From: Mycolicibacterium smegmatis
Lineage (GTDB): Bacteria; Actinomycetota; Actinomycetes; Mycobacteriales; Mycobacteriaceae
Reading direction: 5' to 3'
Assembly: GCF_001457595.1 (NCBI RefSeq)
Contig: NZ_LN831039.1
Location: 2,370,001 to 2,402,000 of the forward strand
DNA length: 32,000 bases
Positions within the stretch are counted from its first letter, which is position 1. Each line of letters opens with the position of its first letter. The translations under genes and the position numbers were made by a program. Below, piece after piece: positions 1 through 9,412 of the stretch. The notes under the pieces were generated by a model. The model was not told the origin of the DNA, did no database searches, and saw nothing but the letters and a program-made list of their open reading frames with translations.

Positions 1-380
1 ACCCGCGAGATCTGCCCCACGTAGTCGTGACTGCGGAACGACCTCGCCGACAACATGATCGAGACGTCGCTGTCGAGTAACTGGACCCGCAACTCCGCTT
101 CGGTGAGGAACGTCGAGAACGGCACCACCACTGCGCCGACGCGGGCCACGGCCAACATGGCGACGACGAAATCAGCGCCGTTGGGGTACAGGACCCCGAC
201 GTGGGTGCCTTTGCCCGCGCCCAGCGCGATCAACGCGTCGGCGAGCCGCGCGGACCGATGTTCGGCGTCTGCGTAGGTGAGTCGCTCGTCGTCGCACACC
301 AGCAGTGTGTGGTCTCCGCGGTCGCGAAGACCCTCGAGGAGTTCGACCAGGGTCTCAGCCACCGGATTCGAGATGGTCAC
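1..380 (-). CDS. AMP-dependent acyl-CoA synthetase/ligase, N-terminal part (gene runs off left edge)
   Basis: Reverse strand reads VTISNPVAETLVELLEGLRDRGDHTLLVCDDERLTYADAEHRSARLADALIALGAGKGTHVGVLYPNGADFVVAMLAVARVGAVVVPFSTF..., typical of the ANL ligase N-terminus. GTG starts at 380 or 362; it overlaps the stop of the upstream ligase gene. Confidence 0.8.
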   Translation of the reverse strand, partial: MTISNPVAETLVELLEGLRDRGDHTLLVCDDERLTYADAEHRSARLADALIALGAGKGTHVGVLYPNGADFVVAMLAVARVGAVVVPFSTFLTEAELRVQLLDSDVSIMLSARSFRSHDYVGQISR

Positions 381-1806
381 GGACCGCGCGCAGGTCGGCC
401 TTGCCGGAGGGGGTGCGGGGGATCGCGTCGACGATCGTGATCCGGGTGGGGATCTCGTAGCGCGCCAGCCGGCCCTGCAGATACCCGGCAAGTTCGTCCG
501 GGGTGGCCGGTCCGCGCAATTCCACCATGGCCACCGGTGTTTCGCCCAGACGCTCGTCGGCCACGCCGATCACCGACGCGCCGAGGACGGCCGGATGACT
601 CTCCAGCGCCGCGCGGACGTCGTCCGGCATGACCTTGAACCCGCCACGGATGATCGCCTGATCGGCGCGCCCCAGGACCCAGAGGAACCCGTCGGCATCG
701 ATCCGCGCGAGGTCGGTGGTGCGCATCCATGGTGATCCCGGACCCATCTGCGCGGGAATCACCTCCAGCAGGCCCGGTTCGTCCGGACCGAGTGGTGCGC
801 CGTTCTCGTCGACCACCCGCAGTTGCGCACCGGGGTTGGCCCGTCCGACACTGCCGCGCTTGTCCTTCCAGTACTTCCCGTGGTCGGGCAGGGTCCAGCC
901 GGCGACACCGCCGCCGAATTCGGTGGCCGCATACGACGTCAGCACCGGGATGCCGAACTTCTCGGTGAACGCGTCGGCGTCGTCGGCCGACAACGGCGCG
1001 GTTCCCGAGGTCACGACCCGCACACCGGCGAGATCCTCACGGGTGAGGTCGGAATGCAGCACCGTGCGCAGGGCCGCGGGCACCAGGGACACCGCGCGCG
1101 GTCGGTGCTCGCGCACGGCTGCCGCCCACCGCTGCAGCTCGAACTTGGGCAGCAGGACGAAGGGTCTGGCCTCGGCGATGCACAGCAGCACCCGGAAGAC
1201 CCCGCCCACGTGCACCAGCGGTGAGTTCACGATCGCGACGCCGCGGCGCAACTCGGTTGGTGCGGGGCACTTCTCGGGCTCGCGGCCCATGACGCTGCGG
1301 GCCAGCATGTCGTAGGTGAGGTCGACCCGCTTGGGCGGGCCGGTGGTGCCGCTGGTGAGCATCCACACCGCCACCCCCGGCCCGCCCGCGTCCGTCGCTG
1401 GGGACTCGGCGGCCGTCACCACGGGTTCGGTGTCGAGACCGGCGATGGCGACCCGCGTGGTCCGGGGGCTGTGCGCAGGCATCAGATGGGCGAGGTCCTC
1501 GGCCAAGCCCACCACGACCGGCAACGCCAGCGCCTCGAGGTCGGCGCGGGTCCGGTCGTCCCCGCGTGCGGGGTTGATGACGACGACGGTGCCGCCCGCG
1601 GCCAGCACCCCCAGCAGCGCCGCGACGTGAACCGGGTGGTTGCGCAGCATGATGCCGACTCGCGCCGGTCCGGTGATCTTCTCGATGTGCCCGGCCAGTG
1701 CCGCGATCTGGCCCCAGCACGACCACTGGCCGTCGAACTGGATCGCGCCGGCGTCCGGATCGAGATCGAGCACATCGGCGATGCGCTGTGAAAGCGGGTG
1801 GGCCAT
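355..1806 (-). CDS. AMP-dependent acyl-CoA synthetase (FadD-like)
   Basis: LTSGTTGPPKRV P-loop, YAATEFGGG, TTDLARIDADGFLWVLGRADQAIIRGGFKV, and C-terminal PRTPSGKADL. Start set at ATG 1806 because it overlaps the upstream TGA (TGATG). Confidence 0.92.
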   Translation of the reverse strand: MAHPLSQRIADVLDLDPDAGAIQFDGQWSCWGQIAALAGHIEKITGPARVGIMLRNHPVHVAALLGVLAAGGTVVVINPARGDDRTRADLEALALPVVVGLAEDLAHLMPAHSPRTTRVAIAGLDTEPVVTAAESPATDAGGPGVAVWMLTSGTTGPPKRVDLTYDMLARSVMGREPEKCPAPTELRRGVAIVNSPLVHVGGVFRVLLCIAEARPFVLLPKFELQRWAAAVREHRPRAVSLVPAALRTVLHSDLTREDLAGVRVVTSGTAPLSADDADAFTEKFGIPVLTSYAATEFGGGVAGWTLPDHGKYWKDKRGSVGRANPGAQLRVVDENGAPLGPDEPGLLEVIPAQMGPGSPWMRTTDLARIDADGFLWVLGRADQAIIRGGFKVMPDDVRAALESHPAVLGASVIGVADERLGETPVAMVELRGPATPDELAGYLQGRLARYEIPTRITIVDAIPRTPSGKADLRAVRDHLESGG

Positions 1807-2588
1807 CACCTGATCCGCGGAGGTGTCTTGGGGACGGGACGGTCGGCCAGTTCGGCCTTCGCGATCGGGTTGCCCAGGCGCGTGTAGATCAGGCCCTGGT
1901 CCATCGCGGCCCGGTAGGGCCGGTCCAGCGATTCCCAGATCGCCCTCACCGTGCCCTGTGTGGCGGTCGGGGGTTTGGTCGCGATGGTCGACGCGATCTG
2001 GTGCGCACGCGCCCACAATTGTTCGCGGGGCACCACCTCGGTCACCAGACCGATACGCAGCGCCGTGTCCGCGCTCACGCGTTCGTCGTTGCCCATCAAC
2101 GCCATTCGCAACGTGTCACCGAGGCCGACGCGCCGCATCAACCCGACCGGCTCGAGCGCGGACACCAGTCCCGCGCTGACATGGGAGTCGAAGAACGTGG
2201 CGTCCGACGAGCAGATCACGACGTCGGACTCGTTGACGAAGTACAGCGCGCCCGCCGTGCACATGCCGTGCACCGCACACACCACGGGCTTCCACATCTT
2301 CTGCCATTTGGGGCTGAGCAGCTCACCGGGATCCTCGTGGTTCCACACGATCTCGGGCTGACCGTACCTGGACTTGACGTCGAGGCCCGCGCTGAACGCA
2401 CGGTCGCCCGCGGCGCGCAGCACCACCGCGTTGATCTGCTCGTCCCCCTTGATCACGTGCCAGATCTGCCGCATCTCCTCGCACATGGTGCGGTTGAACG
2501 AGTTCAGGCTCTCGGGCCGGTTCAGCGTCACGGTGGCGACCCGGACCTCGTGGTCCAGGTCGAGCAGCACCGTCTCGTATTCGGTCAT
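1806..2588 (-). CDS. Enoyl-CoA hydratase/isomerase family protein (crotonase fold)
   Basis: VATVTLNRPESLNSFN, DRAFSAGLDVK, VHGMCTAGALYFVNESDVVICSSDATFFDSHVSAGLV. ATG 2588 overlaps the upstream stop (ATGA); a GTG start at 2594 is also possible. Confidence 0.92.
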   Translation of the reverse strand: MTEYETVLLDLDHEVRVATVTLNRPESLNSFNRTMCEEMRQIWHVIKGDEQINAVVLRAAGDRAFSAGLDVKSRYGQPEIVWNHEDPGELLSPKWQKMWKPVVCAVHGMCTAGALYFVNESDVVICSSDATFFDSHVSAGLVSALEPVGLMRRVGLGDTLRMALMGNDERVSADTALRIGLVTEVVPREQLWARAHQIASTIATKPPTATQGTVRAIWESLDRPYRAAMDQGLIYTRLGNPIAKAELADRPVPKTPPRIR

Positions 2589-3391
2589 CTGCACTTCCAG
2601 ACGGGCTTACGCTTCTCCACGAACGCCAACGGCCCTTCGAGGGCATCCTCGGTGCGCACCACACGCTCGCGGAACGTCTCGGCGAGGATCTCGCCGTCGT
2701 GCAGCGGCAGATCCAGGGTCTTGTGGATGGCCAACCGGGTTCCCCGGACCGCCAGCGGCGCATTGGAGTTCACGATGTCGGCGATCTCGTGGGCGCGTTG
2801 CAGCAGGTTGTCGTGTTCGACGATCTCGGTGATCAGTCCGAGTTCGTAGGCACGCTCGACGGTCATGCGTTCGTGCTTACCCATCAACGCCATCCGCAGC
2901 GCCACCGAGCGCGGCAGCGCCCTGGCCAACCGCACCATCTCGCGCGCGGCGACCAGGCCGATGCTCACATGCGGATCGAAGAACGTCGCCTTGTCCGAGG
3001 CGATGACGATGTCGCCCGTGGTGACCCAGTCCAGTCCCGCGCCGCAGCAGATCCCGTTGATCGCCACGATGACCGGTTTGGCCATGGTGCGGAACGGGGG
3101 AGTGCCCTCCTGCGGGGCCTCCCACTGATCATAGGTGGACAGGTACGGCCGCTCGTAGATGACCTTGCCGTCCTCGGGGATCTCCTTGACGTCGGCGCCT
3201 GTGCAGAACGCGCGGCCCGTGCCGGTCACGACCGTCAGCCAGATGTCGTCATCGCTCTCGGCCTCGGCATACGCGGCGCGCAGTTCGCCGATCATGTGCG
3301 GCGACAGCGCGTTGAGAGCCTCGGGCCGGTTCAGCGTGATCGTCGCCGTGTGCCCGTTGACCTCGTACTTGATGGTGTCGTAGGTCGTCAT
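2585..3391 (-). CDS. Enoyl-CoA hydratase/isomerase family protein
   Basis: HTATITLNRPEALNALS, GRAFCTGADVKE, NGICCGAGLDWVTTGDIVIASDKATFFDPHVSIGLVAA. Paralogue of 1806..2588. Confidence 0.93.
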   Translation of the reverse strand: MTTYDTIKYEVNGHTATITLNRPEALNALSPHMIGELRAAYAEAESDDDIWLTVVTGTGRAFCTGADVKEIPEDGKVIYERPYLSTYDQWEAPQEGTPPFRTMAKPVIVAINGICCGAGLDWVTTGDIVIASDKATFFDPHVSIGLVAAREMVRLARALPRSVALRMALMGKHERMTVERAYELGLITEIVEHDNLLQRAHEIADIVNSNAPLAVRGTRLAIHKTLDLPLHDGEILAETFRERVVRTEDALEGPLAFVEKRKPVWKCR

Positions 3392-3411
3392 GATGGAAGG
3401 GAGGTTCCTTT

Positions 3412-4233
3412 CTAACGGCCCTGGAAGTCCGGATCACGCCGCTCGCGGAACGCCGCCAGGCCCTCCTTGAAATCGTGGGTGCGGCAGGACAGTTCGAGGT
3501 TGGACAGCTCCTGGTTCATGGACTGGATCAACGTGGCGTGCTGCCCGAACGCGATGGCCTGCTTGGCCAGCCCGATCGCGACCGTCGGACCCGACGCCAA
3601 CCGGTCGATGAGATCCTCGGCCGCGGTCTCGAGCTCGGCCGCGGGTACCGCGCCGTGGATCAGACCCCAGTCGGCGGCCTCGGTTCCGCTCACCTTCTCA
3701 CCGAGCAGCAGCATCTGCTTGGCCCGGGTCAGTCCGGCGAGGCGGGGGAGCAACCACGTCGCCCCGGAGTCCGGGCTGAACCCGCGGCTCAGGAACGGTT
3801 CCCAGAACGTGGCGTCGGCGTCGGCGACCGTGAAATCGGCCGCCAGGGCGAGGTTGCAACCGAGACCGACGGCCCAGCCGCGCACCGTGCACACGACCGG
3901 CAGTTGGATCGTCGCGACGAGTTCGACGATGCGGTGCGCGGCATGCGGGACGCGCCGAACCAGATCGCCCGTGCGGGGCCGATGGCCCGAACTGTTGGTG
4001 GCCACCCAGTCCGAGCCGGTGCAGAAGTGCTCGCCCGCGCCGCTGAGCGACACGGCCCGCAGCGAGTCGTCGCTCGCCGCCGCGGTCAGGGTTGTCACGA
4101 GTTCGCTGACCATGGTGTGGTCCAACGAGTTCCGCCGTGAGGGTCGATCCAGCACGATGCGCAGCACGGCGCCATCGCGGGTTACGGTCACCGAACCGTC
4201 GCTCACCAGCAGACCAGGCCTTTCCAGAGCCAT
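3412..4233 (-). CDS. Enoyl-CoA hydratase/isomerase family protein
   Basis: VLRIVLDRPSRRNSLDH, GEHFCTGSDW, RGWAVGLGCNLALAADFTVADADATFWEPFLSRGFSPDSGATWLLPRLAG. Start could be ATG 4233, ATG 4245 or GTG 4206. Confidence 0.9.
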   Translation of the reverse strand: MALERPGLLVSDGSVTVTRDGAVLRIVLDRPSRRNSLDHTMVSELVTTLTAAASDDSLRAVSLSGAGEHFCTGSDWVATNSSGHRPRTGDLVRRVPHAAHRIVELVATIQLPVVCTVRGWAVGLGCNLALAADFTVADADATFWEPFLSRGFSPDSGATWLLPRLAGLTRAKQMLLLGEKVSGTEAADWGLIHGAVPAAELETAAEDLIDRLASGPTVAIGLAKQAIAFGQHATLIQSMNQELSNLELSCRTHDFKEGLAAFRERRDPDFQGR

Positions 4234-4263
4234 ACAGTTGCTCATACAGTAGGCGATGCGGTT
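4233..4263. promoter_or_regulatory. Operator site A: three TACNGTA-like units at 12-nt spacing
   Basis: TACAGTT-GCTCA-TACAGTA-GGCGA-TGCGGTT, overlapping the start region of the crotonase 3412..4233. Confidence 0.55.
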
Positions 4264-4264
4264 A

Positions 4265-4282
4265 CTATCCTGTACAAGATAG
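4265..4282. promoter_or_regulatory. Near-perfect 18-bp palindrome, distinct from the TACNGTA sites
   Basis: CTATCCTGTACAAGATAG; its reverse complement is CTATCTTGTACAGGATAG, differing at one symmetric pair only. Confidence 0.4.
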
Positions 4283-4503
4283 CCAAAAAAGACCTCCGGC
4301 GGAACAGCGCCCGGAAGCGGGGTGCAGATGTCGCGTATCTGCGCCGGCATGTGCGCCGCACGTGGCGACCGGGCCGCCGAGGCCATGCCCTATCAGCAGG
4401 CCGAGATCGACCGGCAGAAGCACGGTTCGACGATGCCGCGCAGTACGTACCCAACGCGCCGGCGGTGGGAATCGACAAATCATTGAAGCGAGGTTGATGT
4501 CGA

Positions 4504-5388
4504 ATGACTGATGACAGGGTGCTGTTCGAGGTCGACGACGACCACCGCATAGCCACCATCACGCTCAACAATCCGAAGCAACGCAACTCGTATGACGCCG
4601 CGATGCGGGATCAACTGGCACGCTACCTCGACATCGTCGCCGAGGACGACGATCTGACCGTGGTGCTGCTGCGCGGGGCCGAAGGCGTGTTCAGTACCGG
4701 GGCGGACATGAACAACGCCTACGGGTGGTATGGCTCGAAGGCTGAGAACGGCAAAGCCGAACAAGAACAACCTAAGTCGCGGCCCAGTCAGCGCCGCAGG
4801 CTCACCGTCGACCGCAAGACGTTCGGCTTCTACCACAACTTCATGGGCTTCCCGAAGGTCACCGTGGGGGAGATCAGCGGTTTCGCGCTGGGCGGCGGTT
4901 TCGAGATGGCGCTGATGACCGACATCTCGGTGATCGCGCGCGACACCCGCATCGGCATGCCCGCCACACGCTTCCTGGGGCCTGCGCTGGGCAGTCTGCA
5001 CATGTTCTTCCACCGATTGGGGCCTGTGCTGGCGCGCCGGCTGCTGCTCACCGGCGACGTCATCGAGGCAGGCGCGATCGAGCACCTCGGCATCTTCACC
5101 GAGACGTGCGACGGTTCGCAGGTCGCCGCCCGTGCGCGGTACTGGGCGCAGAAGGCGGCAAAGATGCCCGCTGACGGTGTCGTGATCGCCAAGGAGGCGT
5201 TCCGACTGGTTGAGCAGAGTCAGGCGTATCAGGGCGAAGAGGTCGCCAGCTACCTGTTCCACGCGTACGGCACCAACCTGCAGTTCGCGCCGGGCGAGTT
5301 CAACTTCGTCAAAACCCGCGCCCAGCACGGCACCAAGGAGGCGTTTCGACTGCGTGACCAGCATTTTCATGTGCCGGAACCACAGTGA
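4504..5388 (+). CDS. Enoyl-CoA hydratase/isomerase family protein (with an extra loop after the first oxyanion region)
   Basis: IATITLNNPKQRNSYD, GVFSTGADM, GEISGFALGGGFEMALMTDISVIARD. Contains the charged insert GWYGSKAENGKAEQEQPKSRPSQRRR. Confidence 0.9.
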   Translation: MTDDRVLFEVDDDHRIATITLNNPKQRNSYDAAMRDQLARYLDIVAEDDDLTVVLLRGAEGVFSTGADMNNAYGWYGSKAENGKAEQEQPKSRPSQRRRLTVDRKTFGFYHNFMGFPKVTVGEISGFALGGGFEMALMTDISVIARDTRIGMPATRFLGPALGSLHMFFHRLGPVLARRLLLTGDVIEAGAIEHLGIFTETCDGSQVAARARYWAQKAAKMPADGVVIAKEAFRLVEQSQAYQGEEVASYLFHAYGTNLQFAPGEFNFVKTRAQHGTKEAFRLRDQHFHVPEPQ

Positions 5389-5410
5389 GCCCGTGAGCTG
5401 CTAACGTTAC

Positions 5411-5429
5411 ATCAGTACTCGATATCGTA
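5411..5429. promoter_or_regulatory. Operator site B (degenerate)
   Basis: ATCAGTA-CTCGA-TATCGTA, 12 nt upstream of the thiolase ATG 5442. Confidence 0.4.
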
Positions 5430-5441
5430 AAGGTGAAAATC

Positions 5442-6617
5442 ATGCCCAAACCCGTCATCGTCGGTGCCGCCCGCACGGCCATCGGGCGGTCCTTCAAAGG
5501 AACTCTGGTCAACACCCCGCCGGAGACGCTGATCACCACGGTGCTGCCGGAGATCGTGCGGCGCTCAGGCGTCGACCCGGCCGACATCGATGACATCATC
5601 TTCGCCGAGTCCCATTACGGCGGAGGCGATCTCGCCCGCTATGCGGCCGACGCGACGGGTCTGCAGCACGTGCCGGGACAGTCGGTCAACCGGCACTGCG
5701 CGGGCAGCCTCACCGCGATCGGCAACGCCGCCGCGCAGATCGGGTCGGGTATGGAACGTGTGCTCATCGCCGGCGGCGTGCAGTCGTTGTCGATGACCCC
5801 GCTGGTGAACTGGCGCATTCCCGGGCCAGAGCTGAAGTTCGAAGAGCGCTGGATGCCGCCGACGCACGTCGAGACACCGGACGCGCCGACCAAGGACATG
5901 TCGATCACGGTCGGCTGGAACACCGCGCAGGCCGCAGGCATCAGCCGTGAGGAGATGGACGCGTGGGCGGCCCGGTCGCATCAGCGCGCGATCGCGGCGA
6001 TCGACGCGGGCAAGTTCCTCGACGAAATCGTGCCGCTCAAGGTCACCCAGTTCGACGGTTCGGTGATCGACTTCAGCGTCGACGAGCACCCCCGCCGCGA
6101 CACGACCGTCGAGAAGCTCGCGGGCCTGAAGGTTCTGCATCCCGAAATCGAGGGCTTCTCGATCACGGCGGGCAACAGCAGCGGTACCAACGACGCCGCG
6201 GCGGGCGTCGCGGTGGTCGACAGCGAGTATGCCGCCGCCAACGGCCTGAACGTCATGGCCACCGTGAGGGCATGGGGCGCCGTCGGTGTCCCGCCGCGCG
6301 ACACCGGTCTGGGCGGCGTCAGGGTGATCGGCAAGGTGCTGGACCGCGCGGGGCTCAAGCCGTCGGACGTCGCGCTGTGGGAGATCAACGAGGCGTTCGC
6401 ATCCGTGCCGATCGCGGCGTGCAAGGAGTACGGCCTCGACGAGGAACTGGTGAACTTCAACGGCAGCGGCTGCAGCCTGGGGCATCCGATCGCGGCGTCG
6501 GGCGCGCGCATGGTCACGACCCTGGTCTACGAACTGCAGCGCCGCGGCGGCGGCATCGGCGTCGCCGCGATGTGTGCCGGCGGCGGGCAGGGCGGCGCGG
6601 TCGTCATCGAGGTCTAA
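5442..6617 (+). CDS. Thiolase (acetyl-CoA acetyltransferase family)
   Basis: PVIVGAARTAIGRSFKG, SVNRHCAGSLTAI nucleophile region, WEINEAFASVPIA, NGSGCSLGHPIAASGARM, CAGGGQGGAVVIE. An alternative GTG start is at 5433. Confidence 0.95.
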   Translation: MPKPVIVGAARTAIGRSFKGTLVNTPPETLITTVLPEIVRRSGVDPADIDDIIFAESHYGGGDLARYAADATGLQHVPGQSVNRHCAGSLTAIGNAAAQIGSGMERVLIAGGVQSLSMTPLVNWRIPGPELKFEERWMPPTHVETPDAPTKDMSITVGWNTAQAAGISREEMDAWAARSHQRAIAAIDAGKFLDEIVPLKVTQFDGSVIDFSVDEHPRRDTTVEKLAGLKVLHPEIEGFSITAGNSSGTNDAAAGVAVVDSEYAAANGLNVMATVRAWGAVGVPPRDTGLGGVRVIGKVLDRAGLKPSDVALWEINEAFASVPIAACKEYGLDEELVNFNGSGCSLGHPIAASGARMVTTLVYELQRRGGGIGVAAMCAGGGQGGAVVIEV

Positions 6618-6627
6618 CGGACATGGC

Positions 6628-6670
6628 TCTGTGTTCCCGGCAGCATGTCGCCCGCGACCGGGGACACAGA
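6628..6670. terminator. Inverted repeat between convergent genes, possible bidirectional terminator
   Basis: TCTGTGTTCCCGG (6628-6640) against CCGGGGACACAGA (6658-6670), 12 of 13 bp pairing, 17-nt loop, no U tract. Confidence 0.5.
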
Positions 6671-6681
6671 TCCGCAGATCG

Positions 6682-7434
6682 TCAGCCCGCGGTGACTTTC
6701 CGGCGCGTCTTCTTGGCCGGCTTCTCCTCGATCAGCCGCGCGGCATGGTCGAGGATGCACTTCAGCCCGTACTCGAAGTTCTGCTCGTCGGCCGCACCGA
6801 TGCGATGTCCCTCGCTGGTGACCTGCGCCAGCAGCGGCGTGGTCTCCGGGTCGATCACCATGGCCTCTTCGAAGTCCCCGGGCGCGTTGTCGTTGGCGCG
6901 GTTTTTCTCGTAGAGCCGGTGCAGGACAACCGATCCGCGGACGTGGACCGACACGGCCGAGTAGGTGTCGAACGCGTCCTCGACCGACAGCCCCGCCTCT
7001 ACCAGTCCGGCGATCGCGGACTCGACCTCCTGTACGCCGACGCGCGCGGCGCGCGGGCTCAGCGCCGAGCGGATCAGGATGAGGTCACACAGGATGGGGT
7101 TGCCCATGAAGGCTTTCCGCATGGTGCGCGCGTGGTTGGCCAGCGATTCGCGCCAGTCCTTGGCCTCCACGTAGGGGGTGGCGACGACGAATTCGCGCAG
7201 CGCGCGATCGGTCATCGCGTTGAGCAGATCATCCTTTTTGCGGAAGTACCAGTAGATGCTTGTGACGCCGACGCCGAGATGCTTGCCCAGCAGGGGCATG
7301 CTCAGATTGTCGATCGAAACCTTTTCGGCCAGTTCGAAAGCGCCCTTGATGATGTCTTCGGGATTGATGGAACCGCGTTCGCGCCGTTGGCGTTTCTCAG
7401 CGGCCGGTTGCTTTGCCACAGCGGGCACCTCCAT
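6682..7434 (-). CDS. TetR/AcrR family transcriptional regulator (regulator 1)
   Basis: N-terminal HTH RERGSINPEDIIKGAFELAEKVSIDNLSMPLLGKHLGVGVTSIYWYFRKKDDLLNAM. ATG 7434 preferred. Confidence 0.93.
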   Translation of the reverse strand: MEVPAVAKQPAAEKRQRRERGSINPEDIIKGAFELAEKVSIDNLSMPLLGKHLGVGVTSIYWYFRKKDDLLNAMTDRALREFVVATPYVEAKDWRESLANHARTMRKAFMGNPILCDLILIRSALSPRAARVGVQEVESAIAGLVEAGLSVEDAFDTYSAVSVHVRGSVVLHRLYEKNRANDNAPGDFEEAMVIDPETTPLLAQVTSEGHRIGAADEQNFEYGLKCILDHAARLIEEKPAKKTRRKVTAG

Positions 7435-7633
7435 CAAAATCCATACCGCTCATGTCGTCGGCGCGCGGCCGGTCGATGGCGCCGAGTATGCCGTCGGCCG
7501 ACGCCTGAACTGCGCCGATGCATGCGCGTCGTCGGGTAACAACACCGTCAACCTTACCGGTAGGCATCCTGTGATCCGCTCTCCACCGGCGTCCGGCCTG
7601 TCGTTCACAGCGGTCGGCGCCGAATCACCGGAT

Positions 7634-7652
7634 TACCGTAATCCCTATAGTA
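7634..7652. promoter_or_regulatory. Operator site C
   Basis: TACCGTA-ATCCC-TATAGTA, between the divergent TetR 1 and crotonase 7705. Confidence 0.6.
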
Positions 7653-7704
7653 GGCTTTTCCGGGTCAATGTCGGTGAGCTCGCCCACGAGCTGAAGGGGC
7701 AAGG

Positions 7705-8469
7705 GTGTCAGAAGAAGTAGTCCTGAGGGAGCGTCGTGATCGGACGCTCATCATCACGATCAACCGGCCGGAAGCGCGCAATGCGTTCAATCTCGCGGTG
7801 GCCAAGGGGCTTGCCGAGGCGGTCGACGAACTCGACGACACCCAAGAGCTTTCCGTGGGCATCATCACCGGTGCGGGTGGCACCTTCTGTGCCGGTATGG
7901 ATCTCAAGGGTTTCGCCTCCGGTGAGCTGCCGCACGTGCCGGGCCGCGGAATCGGCTTCACCGAGAAGCCGCCCCGCAAACCGCTCATCGCCGCGGTGGA
8001 AGGCTACGCGCTGGCGGGAGGCACCGAGATCGTGCTGGCCACCGACCTCGTCGTGGCGAGCAGGACCGCGAAGTTCGGCATCCCCGAGGTGAAGCGCGGA
8101 CTGGTCGCCGCGGGCGGCGGTCTGCTGCGGCTGCCCAAGCGCATCCCGTACCAGAAGGCGCTCGAGCTCGCGCTGACCGGTGACAACTTCACCGCCGAGG
8201 AGGCTGCCGCCTGGGGCTTCGTCAACAAGCTGACCGAGCCAGGAGAGGCGCTGGCCGGTGCCCTCGAGCTCGCCGAGCGCATCACCGCCAACGGCCCACT
8301 GGCCGTCGCGGTCACCAAGGAGGTGATCGTCAAGTCGGCCGAGTGGTCGGAGGCCGAGATGTGGAAGAAACAGGGTGAGTTGATCGGGCCGGTCTTCTCG
8401 TCGAAGGACGCGATCGAAGGCGCCACTGCGTTCGCCGAGAAACGCAAACCCAACTGGACAGGTTCCTGA
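7705..8469 (+). CDS. Enoyl-CoA hydratase (EchA-like)
   Basis: LIITINRPEARNAFN, GGTFCAGMDLKGF, EGYALAGGTEIVLATDLVVASRTAKFGIPEVKRGLVAAGGG. Confidence 0.93.
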   Translation: MSEEVVLRERRDRTLIITINRPEARNAFNLAVAKGLAEAVDELDDTQELSVGIITGAGGTFCAGMDLKGFASGELPHVPGRGIGFTEKPPRKPLIAAVEGYALAGGTEIVLATDLVVASRTAKFGIPEVKRGLVAAGGGLLRLPKRIPYQKALELALTGDNFTAEEAAAWGFVNKLTEPGEALAGALELAERITANGPLAVAVTKEVIVKSAEWSEAEMWKKQGELIGPVFSSKDAIEGATAFAEKRKPNWTGS

Positions 8470-8478
8470 CCCACCGCG

Positions 8479-9276
8479 ATGGATCTCGGGTTCGGAGGCG
8501 CGGCCGCCGCAGTCGTCGGTGGTGGCCGCGGTATGGGATTCGCGACGGCGCAATGCCTGGCCGATGACGGTGCCCGCGTCGCCGTCATCGGGCGGTCGAA
8601 AGACGTCCTGGAGACCGCGGCATCGGATCTCGCGCGCCGCGGCAGCCCTGACGCCATCGCGATCGTCGCCGACACCGGTGATGCCGAGCAAGTCGAGCGC
8701 GCGTTCGCCGAGATCGGTGAACGGTGGGACGGCGAGCTCAACGTCCTGATCAACACCGTCGGCCCCGGCGCCGCAGGCGATTTCGAGGAGCTCACCGACG
8801 GGCAGTGGCAGGAGGCGTTCGACGCGGGCGTGATGGGCATGGTGCGGTGCGTCCGGGCCGCACTGCCGCTGCTGCGCAAGGCCGAGTGGGCGCGCATCGT
8901 CAACTTCTCAGCGCACTCCACGCAGCGGCAGAGCACCAGACTGCCCGCCTACACGGCCGCCAAGGCCGCGGTGAACAGCGTCTCGAAGAACCTGTCCCTG
9001 CTGCTGGCCAAGGACGAGATCATGGTGAACGTCGTCTCGCCGGGCAGCATCTCGTCGGAGGCGTTGGTGGGCTGGGCGGAATCGGTCGGCGTGGACGGCA
9101 GCGATCCGTACCAGTTGATGGCGGCCATCGACGAGCACTTCGGGCATCCCGCGCATCTGCCGCGTGCCGGTCTCCCGAGTGAGATCGGGCCGGTGGCAGC
9201 GTTTCTGGCGTCCAGGCGCAACTCGTACATGACCGGTGCGAACATCAACGTCGACGGCGGCAGTGACTTCACCTGA
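8479..9276 (+). CDS. Short-chain dehydrogenase/reductase
   Basis: AAVVGGGRGMGFATA Rossmann motif, IVNFSAHS..., PAYTAAKAAV (YxxxK), VSPGSISSEAL, YMTGANINVDGGSD. Confidence 0.93.
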   Translation: MDLGFGGAAAAVVGGGRGMGFATAQCLADDGARVAVIGRSKDVLETAASDLARRGSPDAIAIVADTGDAEQVERAFAEIGERWDGELNVLINTVGPGAAGDFEELTDGQWQEAFDAGVMGMVRCVRAALPLLRKAEWARIVNFSAHSTQRQSTRLPAYTAAKAAVNSVSKNLSLLLAKDEIMVNVVSPGSISSEALVGWAESVGVDGSDPYQLMAAIDEHFGHPAHLPRAGLPSEIGPVAAFLASRRNSYMTGANINVDGGSDFT

Positions 9277-9349
9277 AGAGCACGTCGTAGCAGGTCAAGG
9301 CCAGTTCACGGCCCCGTGTCGACATGGTCCGGAGGCTTGCGGAATGCTC

Positions 9350-9368
9350 TACCGATAGGTATACAGTA
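9350..9368. promoter_or_regulatory. Operator site D
   Basis: TACCGAT-AGGTA-TACAGTA, 44 nt upstream of crotonase 9413. Confidence 0.55.
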
Positions 9369-9412
9369 TCTATGCCCGAACGGCCTTCGCAGCGTCAGGG
9401 GGTACCCGCACG

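Noticed and set aside
1807-2016. N-terminal extension of the 355..2016 ligase ORF
   Set aside because: Overlaps the crotonase gene in another frame; TGATG coupling at 1806 gives a natural start and MAHPLSQRIADVL resembles a ligase N-terminus.
7543-7561. Possible extra operator CACCGTC-AACCT-TACCGGT upstream of TetR 1
   Set aside because: Only 4 of 6 defined bases match in each unit; too weak to list as a site, though the 12-nt spacing is right and it could matter for autoregulation.
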